A stretch of 60,834 nt of DNA, counting the filler, from Nitrospirota bacterium (lineage in GTDB: Bacteria; JACPQY01), in the NCBI GenBank assembly GCA_016180645.1. It is 3 parts of 3 records of this genome, joined end to end, with 100 filler letters (N's around TTAATTAATTAA, not from the genome) between each part and the next. Parts side by side here need not be neighbours in the genome. Positions count along the whole stretch, not along the records: positions 19,626 to 45,435 come from JACPAV010000059.1; positions 45,536 to 60,834 come from JACPAV010000061.1; 1 more part is not named here. One strand, given 5' to 3'. Below, in pieces: positions 41,404-46,700 of this stretch (within the stretch, counting starts at the first letter, position 1; each line of letters opens with the position of its first letter). A program made the position numbers and the translations under genes. Below the pieces are notes generated by a model, which did not search any database, had not been told where the DNA came from, and saw nothing but the letters and a program-made list of their open reading frames with translations.

Positions 41404-41478
41404 TGGTAGCGGGTCCAGGATTTGCACCTGGGATCTCGTGGTTATGAGCCACACGAGATACTACTTCTCCAACCCGCG
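41404..41478 (-). tRNA. tRNA-Met(CAT), initiator-like, CCA encoded
   Basis: C1 mismatch, loop CTCATAA. Confidence 0.85.
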
Positions 41479-41568
41479 ATCAGAAACTCGACGATTGAAT
41501 GGTGTGTGGTAGGTTATCGCTCGCGCATTCGCGGGCGATCTTCGTAGAAGGACTCCGCGCCCATCCGG

Positions 41569-41639
41569 ACACGGCTGCGGGAGTTGCACCCGCCTGATGT
41601 GGGTTGCAGCCACACGCCTACCTGCTCGGCCAAGCCGTG
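41569..41639 (-). tRNA. tRNA-Cys(GCA)
   Basis: Loop CTGCAAC, U73. Confidence 0.82.
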
Positions 41640-41691
41640 ATCAGATGGACGCAGACTACAGTTCGATAGATGCTTCATCACGTTGCCTCCG

Positions 41692-41764
41692 CTGGGGAGG
41701 TGAGTCTCGATCTCACAACTTCCTGATTAACAGTCAGGCCCGTTGCCAATTGCGGTACTCCCCA
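41692..41764 (-). tRNA. tRNA-Asn(GTT)
   Basis: Loop CTGTTAA; T-loop ATCGAGA. Confidence 0.82.
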
Positions 41765-41854
41765 GCGCAGACCACGCACCAGAAAGTTCCTATTGCTCGG
41801 ACCCAGTTTCTTCATGCTGTTCATGGTACTCCTCTCCTCCCGATTGTCAAACTG

Positions 41855-41927
41855 CGGGGGTCGGGAGACTCGAACTCCCACGAGCCGTTTTGGAGACGGC
41901 GCGGCTATCCTGTTACCACAGACCCCC
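41855..41927 (-). tRNA. tRNA-Trp(CCA)
   Basis: Loop CTCCAAA. Confidence 0.82.
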
Positions 41928-41931
41928 TAGC

Positions 41932-42003
41932 TCGGCGCGGGTGGACTCGGACCACCATCAGTCGGTTATAAGCCAACCGCTCTAACCCTTGAGCTACACG
42001 CCG
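41932..42003 (-). tRNA. tRNA-Ile(TAT)
   Basis: Loop CTTATAA, full cloverleaf. Confidence 0.8.
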
Positions 42004-42010
42004 TAACCTT

Positions 42011-42100
42011 CGGAAGCTGAGGGAATTGAACCCCCGTCCCATCACAGGCGGGATTCCCCTTAGCAGGGGGATGCGACAAACCGACAGTCGCCTACCTTCC
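42011..42100 (-). tRNA. tRNA-Ser(GCT)
   Basis: Loop CTGCTAA, long variable arm. Confidence 0.82.
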
Positions 42101-42107
42101 CAAACTG

Positions 42108-42179
42108 AGCCGAGGGACGGTTTCGATCCGTCATCTCCGCATTACGGGTGCGGTGCTCTGCCGACTGAGCTACCCCGGC
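42108..42179 (-). tRNA. tRNA-Thr(CGT)
   Basis: Loop CCCGTAA (C33). Confidence 0.82.
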
Positions 42180-42183
42180 ATTG

Positions 42184-42257
42184 AGCCGCCGGTCGGGGTC
42201 GATCCGACACCTTTCCGCTTACAGGGCGGATGCACTCCCTTGTTGTGCTACGGCGGC
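42184..42257 (-). tRNA. tRNA-Thr(TGT)
   Basis: Loop CCTGTAA (C33). Confidence 0.82.
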
Positions 42258-42264
42258 GTAAACG

Positions 42265-42336
42265 TGTGGGAGGCGGGGGTCGATCCCGCGTATCCGGCTT
42301 GGAAGGCCGGTGCCTGATCCGTTCGGCCACTCCCAC
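42265..42336 (-). tRNA. tRNA-Gly(TCC)
   Basis: Loop CTTCCAA. Confidence 0.82.
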
Positions 42337-42343
42337 ATAACCT

Positions 42344-42415
42344 TGCGCGGGGCCGGCCTCGATCCGGCATGGACCTGTGCGTAGGACAGGCGGCTCTCCA
42401 TTCACCTACCCACGC
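42344..42415 (-). tRNA. tRNA-Val(TAC)
   Basis: Loop CCTACGC (C33), weak D stem. Confidence 0.72.
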
Positions 42416-42422
42416 TCAAACT

Positions 42423-42494
42423 TGTGGGAGACAGGATTCGCACCTGCGTGATCCGACCTGGCAAGCCGGCGCCTGACTTCTAGGCTACTCCCAC
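42423..42494 (-). tRNA. tRNA-Gly(GCC)
   Basis: Loop TTGCCAG. Confidence 0.82.
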
Positions 42495-42497
42495 TCA

Positions 42498-42569
42498 AGC
42501 CCCCACGGAGCGTCGATCTCCGGTCGCCACGTTACCGATGCGGTGCTCTGCCGACTGAGCTACAGGGGC
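42498..42569 (-). tRNA. tRNA-Thr(GGT)
   Basis: Loop TCGGTAA (C33). Confidence 0.78.
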
Positions 42570-42575
42570 GCAAAT

Positions 42576-42664
42576 TGGCGGAAGGGGAGGGATTCGGACC
42601 CTCAACGCCCTTTCGAGCGCACCCGCTTTCGAGGCGGGCCGACTACCCGTTATCGCACCCTTCC
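42576..42664 (-). tRNA. tRNA-Ser(CGA), CCA encoded
   Basis: Loop CTCGAAA, long variable arm. Confidence 0.85.
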
Positions 42665-42669
42665 AAACT

Positions 42670-42756
42670 TGGCGGTGAGAGCAGGAATCGAACCCGCGAC
42701 GGATTTCCCGTTCTCCGCTTCCAACGGAGCGCCTTCAACCGCTCGGCCATCTCACC
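42670..42756 (-). tRNA. tRNA-Ser(GGA), CCA encoded
   Basis: Loop TTGGAAG, long variable arm. Confidence 0.88.
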
Positions 42757-42762
42757 ACAATT

Positions 42763-42849
42763 CGGTGGAGGCGGGATTCGGACCCGCGTCCGCCGGTCGG
42801 CGGAATCCGTTTTCAGGACGGACGGTTTCAACCACTCACCCACTCCACC
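42763..42849 (-). tRNA. tRNA-Ser(TGA)
   Basis: Loop CCTGAAA (C33), long variable arm. Confidence 0.82.
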
Positions 42850-42855
42850 AAAACT

Positions 42856-42938
42856 TGGCCCCGCCAGGACTTGCACCTGGACGGCCTTCTCGGCCGGCGG
42901 GTCTTAAGCCCGCTGCGTCTCCGTTCCGCCACGGGGCC
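42856..42938 (-). tRNA. tRNA-Leu(TAA)
   Basis: Loop CTTAAGA, long variable arm. Confidence 0.85.
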
Positions 42939-42974
42939 GGTTTCTCTCTTTCGTTGTCAAAGAACCGTCAAACT

Positions 42975-43057
42975 TACCCGGAGAGGGATTTGCACCCCCA
43001 CGCCCGTTACGGCACCTGGGCCTGAGCCAGGCGCGTCTGCTGTTCCGCCATCCGGGT
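42975..43057 (-). tRNA. tRNA-Leu(CAG)
   Basis: Loop CTCAGGC, long variable arm. Confidence 0.85.
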
Positions 43058-43182
43058 GTCAAACGTCTCGGAGTCGCGACTCGAATCCGGACGCCAAAAA
43101 CTTCATCCCGTAGCACGGGGTTCATTGCCTCTCCTCCAAAATGCAGGGACAGACCAAATGAAAACATTCCACGGTCACGGTT

Positions 43183-43309
43183 GGCTCCTCGAGTGTTTTG
43201 TTCGGGGGCTCGCCGCGACCTATAAGGTCTGCGTGCCGAGCGATCCGACTGTGAGCAGTATCGTGGCCGCGATGGACCACAACACTGATAGGACAAACGA
43301 GAAGGAGCC
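43183..43309 (-). ncRNA. Putative ~127-nt three-way-junction RNA in tRNA array
   Basis: Closing stem GGCTCCTT/GAGGAGCC, 13-bp G-U-containing hairpin, second long interrupted hairpin. Confidence 0.45.
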
Positions 43310-43382
43310 TGGCCACTCCAGGAATCGAACCTGGCTCTGTCCCTTTTCAGGGGACCGCATCGACCACGGTTGCTCAGTGGCC
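43310..43382 (-). tRNA. tRNA-Phe(GAA)
   Basis: Loop CTGAAAA. Confidence 0.82.
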
Positions 43383-43459
43383 AGGTTCGTAAAGAACGGG
43401 TCTTTCTTCTTCTCGTTCATGTTCGTACCCTCATTGTGCCAGATTGAACTCCCAAGTCA

Positions 43460-43535
43460 ATGCCGGGGTGGGAATCGAACCCACGACCACGACGTTTAAG
43501 GCGTCGGCTCCGATGCCAACACAGAGTGCCCGGCA
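43460..43535 (-). tRNA. Gln-type tRNA with TTA anticodon (ochre suppressor-like)
   Basis: Stem CGACG/CGTCG, loop CCTTAAA; U1-A72 and D arm shared with neighbouring Gln(CTG). Confidence 0.72.
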
Positions 43536-43544
43536 ACTAACTTG

Positions 43545-43620
43545 ATCCCAGGGAAGGAGTCGAACCTTCAACCAACGGTTTCAGAGACCGTGCTCCGATG
43601 CCGGTACAGAGTGCCTGGGA
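43545..43620 (-). tRNA. tRNA-Gln(CTG)
   Basis: Loop CTCTGAA, enlarged D loop. Confidence 0.8.
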
Positions 43621-43623
43621 ATA

Positions 43624-43697
43624 TGCCCCCGGCAGGATTCGAACCCGTATCTCTCAGTTACGGTGTTCCGGGTAGAAACCGGAGCCGGTACGGGGGC
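43624..43697 (-). tRNA. D-armless tRNA-Arg(TCT)-like RNA
   Basis: Perfect acceptor, anticodon (TTTCTAC) and T arms; 7-nt connector instead of D arm; 18-nt variable region. Confidence 0.65.
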
Positions 43698-43704
43698 CTG
43701 AACT

Positions 43705-43776
43705 AGCCCTCGGCGGGAGTTGCACCCGCACCCATCCGCTTAGGAGGCGGACCCCTGTCTGTTCGGGATCGAGGGC
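43705..43776 (-). tRNA. tRNA-Arg(CCT)
   Basis: Loop CTCCTAA. Confidence 0.78.
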
Positions 43777-43847
43777 GGTACCTGGTTTTAGGAGTGAAGT
43801 GTCGGCGTAGAGGGACTACGCCTGTCTTTGCCGGTGGGACCTGAACT

Positions 43848-43935
43848 TGGTGGAGGCGGCAGGACTCGAACCTGCGAAGAGGTTTCCCTCAACTGCTCTA
43901 CAGGCAGCCGCATTTGCCGCTGATGCTACACCTCC
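43848..43935 (-). tRNA. tRNA-Tyr(GTA), CCA encoded
   Basis: Loop CTGTAGA, long variable arm. Confidence 0.88.
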
Positions 43936-44002
43936 GAAATCCTCGGAGTCCGCACCAGCAGTGCTATACAGCAGGTTCATCCGTGTCTTCATGCCGATGA
44001 GT

Positions 44003-44149
44003 CTACCTCTGTCTCGTCGCTTCGTCAATTTCCTTCTTCATGGCCTCTTCCTCGGCCCGAAGCTGAGGTGTCTTCTTGGGCGCCAAGCCCTTCTTGTGCG
44101 GCTTGCACAGGCCGCACGAGCGCCTCTTACGTTTGTACACGGCACCCAT
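44003..44149 (-). CDS. 48-aa basic CxxC protein within tRNA array
   Basis: MGAVYKRKRRSCGLCKPHKKG.. fills the spacer between tRNAs. Confidence 0.6.
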   Translation of the reverse strand: MGAVYKRKRRSCGLCKPHKKGLAPKKTPQLRAEEEAMKKEIDEATRQR

Positions 44150-44170
44150 GCCGAGATTGTCCCAAAAACT

Positions 44171-44263
44171 TGCCCTCGGTGGGCCTCGATCCCACAATCT
44201 TCAGGCTCGGAACCTGACGTGCCCCGTAATGCGGGGCGCGCGATCCCTTCGCACCGCGAGGGC
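44171..44263 (-). tRNA. tRNA-Arg(CCG) with ~19-nt palindromic insertion in D arm
   Basis: Loop TTCCGAG; extra GCCCCGCATTACGGGGC hairpin. Confidence 0.7.
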
Positions 44264-44307
44264 GCGAAGGGGAAAAGAAAGGGGCACCCCTCTTTCCCCT
44301 CCAAACT

Positions 44308-44379
44308 TGGGACCGGAAGGAGTCGAACCTTCGACCTCTCGCATGTCGAGCGAACGTTCCACCGCTGAACTACGGTCCC
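44308..44379 (-). tRNA. tRNA-Val(GAC)
   Basis: Loop TCGACAT (C33). Confidence 0.85.
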
Positions 44380-44380
44380 G

Positions 44381-44452
44381 TGGAGCCGACTGGAATCGAA
44401 CCAGCAGTATCGACAATGCCATTGTCGCGTGTTCCCGTTACACCACGGCCCC
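44381..44452 (-). tRNA. tRNA-Ala(GGC)
   Basis: Loop ATGGCAT, G3-U70. Confidence 0.88.
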
Positions 44453-44460
44453 CAAAACTC

Positions 44461-44603
44461 TGCGGCTGGTGAGATTCGAACTCACACGCTGCTCCGTCCG
44501 TACCTGGCCAGGATGGCTTGGTACTGCGAGACGATGCAGCGCCAGGACGGCGCTGCATATAACCGCTGTAGCGGAGTGGCCTCTCCAATTGACCGACAGC
44601 CGC
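44461..44603 (-). tRNA. tRNA-Arg(ACG) interrupted in the anticodon by a 68-bp insertion
   Basis: Removing the insert restores CTCCG-CTACGGA-CGGAG and a 75-nt cloverleaf. Confidence 0.8.
44500..44570 (+). mobile_element. Miniature structured insertion element, copy A (GTA duplication)
   Basis: Homologous to copies B and C; antisense to host tRNA. Confidence 0.75.
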
Positions 44604-44613
44604 GCAAACCTAC

Positions 44614-44687
44614 GGTGGCCGACCGGAATCGAACCGGCGTGAGCGTGGGCCACAACCACGCGCCTTACCAACATCGGCCACGGCCAC
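44614..44687 (-). tRNA. tRNA-His(GTG)
   Basis: Loop TTGTGGC, C73; G-1 not encoded. Confidence 0.85.
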
Positions 44688-44700
44688 ACTTCAATAAACT

Positions 44701-44755
44701 TCGGGACGGCGCCAGGATGGCTTGGCCATCCCGCGACTGGCCGGATGCCACCAAG
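44701..44755. repeat. 54-bp palindromic insertion duplicating the tRNA-Pro 3' acceptor strand
   Basis: CGGGACG at 44702-44708 and 44756-44762 flanks GCCAGGATGGC-type hairpins. Confidence 0.65.
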
Positions 44756-44826
44756 CGGGACGCTAGGATTCGGACCTGGGGCCACTCGCTCCCCGAACGA
44801 GTGCTCTATCTCTGAGCTACGTCCCG
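44755..44826 (-). tRNA. tRNA-Pro(GGG)
   Basis: Loop TCGGGGA (C33). Confidence 0.8.
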
Positions 44827-44832
44827 CAAGTT

Positions 44833-44906
44833 TCAGGGCGGTGAGAATCGAACTCACGGCCTCCCGGTTCCAAGCCGGGTGCTCTTGTCCCCTGAGCTAC
44901 GCCCTG
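44833..44906 (-). tRNA. tRNA-Pro(TGG)
   Basis: Loop CTTGGAA. Confidence 0.87.
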
Positions 44907-44945
44907 TCTTCATTTCGGGCTGCTCGGAATCGAGCCGAGTCCACA

Positions 44946-45014
44946 TGCCACGTTGATCGCCCCGCATCCTGCGGGGCTTTCCTATCGTGGTACCAGGACT
45001 CCCTGTCCAGGTGC
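44946..45014 (-). mobile_element. Miniature structured insertion element, copy C (GCA duplication)
   Basis: In anticodon stem of tRNA-Pro(CGG); diverged but same architecture as A and B. Confidence 0.7.
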
Positions 45015-45037
45015 TCCCGAAGCATGGATGCGACCAC

Positions 45038-45106
45038 TACAGCGTTATATGCAGGCCATCCTGGCCTGCTTCCTTTCGCAGTACCAAGCCGTCCTCGGCC
45101 AGGTAC
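45038..45106 (-). mobile_element. Miniature structured insertion element, copy B (GTA duplication)
   Basis: In D arm of tRNA-Pro(CGG); reverse-complement homolog of copy A. Confidence 0.75.
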
Positions 45107-45117
45107 ACCACACCCCG

Positions 45118-45191
45118 TGGTGCGCCGGGATGGAGTTGAACCATCATCTCCGCGTTATCGGCACGGTGCTCTGCCGTTGAGCTACGGGCGC
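45118..45191 (-). tRNA. tRNA-Ile(GAT), CCA encoded
   Basis: Loop CCGATAA (C33). Confidence 0.83.
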
Positions 45192-45201
45192 GTTCACACT
45201 T

Positions 45202-45274
45202 TGGGTCCGGTGGGATTTGCACCCACAGCTCCCCGGTTAAAGGCCGGGTACTCTGTCTGTTGAGTTACGGACCC
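45202..45274 (-). tRNA. tRNA-Lys(TTT)
   Basis: Loop CCTTTAA (C33). Confidence 0.85.
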
Positions 45275-45277
45275 GTG

Positions 45278-45337
45278 ATCCCACCACCTGTCACTAGGTC
45301 GAAAACCTGCCTTCCGGCAGTGACAAGGTGGTGGGAT
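45278..45337. repeat. 60-bp palindromic MITE/REP-like element
   Basis: ATCCCACCACCTGTCACT ... AGTGACAAGGTGGTGGGAT. Confidence 0.7.
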
Positions 45338-45435
45338 GATGACAAAACACCTGCGCAAGCATCTTTCTGGTAAGGGTTGGAGTTCTGGAAAGACCCTTGC
45401 GCTTACCGTGCCGCTGGACGCGGGACGGCGATGCG

Positions 45436-45535
45436 NNNNNNNNNNNNNNNNNNNNNNNNNNNNNNNNNNNNNNNNNNNNTTAATTAATTAANNNNNNNNN
45501 NNNNNNNNNNNNNNNNNNNNNNNNNNNNNNNNNNN
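45436..45535. other. Artificial contig linker
   Basis: N run containing TTAATTAATTAA. Confidence 0.97.
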
Positions 45536-45786
45536 GTCGCACGCCTGACAATCGATGAAAAAGAAACCTCGAAAACATACCCCCACGGCAGCCCCCGGAA
45601 AAGCCAAATTCACGCCGGATTCAGGTTAAGGCTCCGCTACAAGGGGAGGGCGAAGAAGGGATGGGGAGGGTGCAGCGGGTGGAGGGAAAGGGGAAGGTAT
45701 TTGGATCGAGGGGTGGCCTCGGAAAAGTGTTTACGCAACGCTCGATGGTTCTGGAGTTTCGAGGTCAACATCGATAGACTCGGCCG

Positions 45787-46668
45787 ATGAGCAATCCCCA
45801 TTCGCACCTCCTCCTTGGCGCGCATGAATCGATCGCCGACGGATTTCATTCGGCCTGCGTGAGGGGGGAGGAGGATTCCTGCGAGGTCATCCAAATCTTC
45901 ACCCGCAGCTCGCGCCAGTGGTCGGCGCCCAAGCTGAACCCCGAAGACGTGTCCGAATGGGAGAATGCCGTGGCGCGATCCACCGCCCGGCCGTTCCTTG
46001 TTCACGATTCCTACCTCATCAACCTCGGCTCGCCGAAGAAACGCATCCACGCCGCTTCGATGCGCGCGTTCAAGGACGAACTGGTTCGGGCCGAAGCCCT
46101 CTCGATCCCCAATCTGGTCATGCATCCCGGCGCGCACATGGGGGAGGGGGAAGAAGTCGCGCTGGAGCGCATCGCGGAGAGCATCACGAAAGCCATCCAG
46201 GAAACGTCAGGCCACCGCGTTCGCATTCTTCTCGAAAACACGGCAGGCCAGGGCAGCACGGTGGGATATCGATTCGAACACCTGCGGCGGATCCTAGACC
46301 TTGTGAATAATGAAGACCGTATGGGGGTGTGTCTCGATACATGCCATCTGTTCACATCGGGTTACGACATCCGCACGAGCGAGGGGTATCACCGCGTGTT
46401 CCAGGAGTTCGAGCGAATCGTCGGCCTAAAGTGGCTCAAGGCCTTCCACTTGAACGATTCGAAGAAGCCACTCGATTCCCGCGTGGATCGTCACGAGCAC
46501 ATCGGGCTCGGTCATATCGGTCTCGATCCATTCCGATGGCTGATGAACGACGAGCGGTTCGCCCACTTGGGCGGAGTATTGGAAACTCCAGTCCGCGAAA
46601 ACCGCCGAACGTTCAAGGAGGATCTGGAGGTGCTTCGAGGCCTCAGGATCAACCCCAAATCGGCTTGA
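45787..46668 (+). CDS. nfo: Endonuclease IV
   Basis: GAHES, VHDSYLINL, HPGAH, ENTAGQG, DTCH, HLNDSK, DRHEHIG, ETP. Confidence 0.95.
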   Translation: MSNPHSHLLLGAHESIADGFHSACVRGEEDSCEVIQIFTRSSRQWSAPKLNPEDVSEWENAVARSTARPFLVHDSYLINLGSPKKRIHAASMRAFKDELVRAEALSIPNLVMHPGAHMGEGEEVALERIAESITKAIQETSGHRVRILLENTAGQGSTVGYRFEHLRRILDLVNNEDRMGVCLDTCHLFTSGYDIRTSEGYHRVFQEFERIVGLKWLKAFHLNDSKKPLDSRVDRHEHIGLGHIGLDPFRWLMNDERFAHLGGVLETPVRENRRTFKEDLEVLRGLRINPKSA

Positions 46669-46700
46669 CTTTGCGGCATCGCACGAGTAGCGTAGCCAGA

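Larger units (their letters stand above)
44915..45117 (-). tRNA. tRNA-Pro(CGG) interrupted by two 66-bp insertions
   Basis: Removing both restores a 71-nt cloverleaf with CATGC-TTCGGGA-GCATG. Confidence 0.75.

Noticed and set aside
44500-45106. tRNA inserts as group I or bulge-helix-bulge introns
   Set aside because: Far too short for group I, no BHB seen, present in both orientations and flanked by 3-bp duplications
42543-45263. Plus-strand ORFs across the array
   Set aside because: They are reverse complements of tRNA genes
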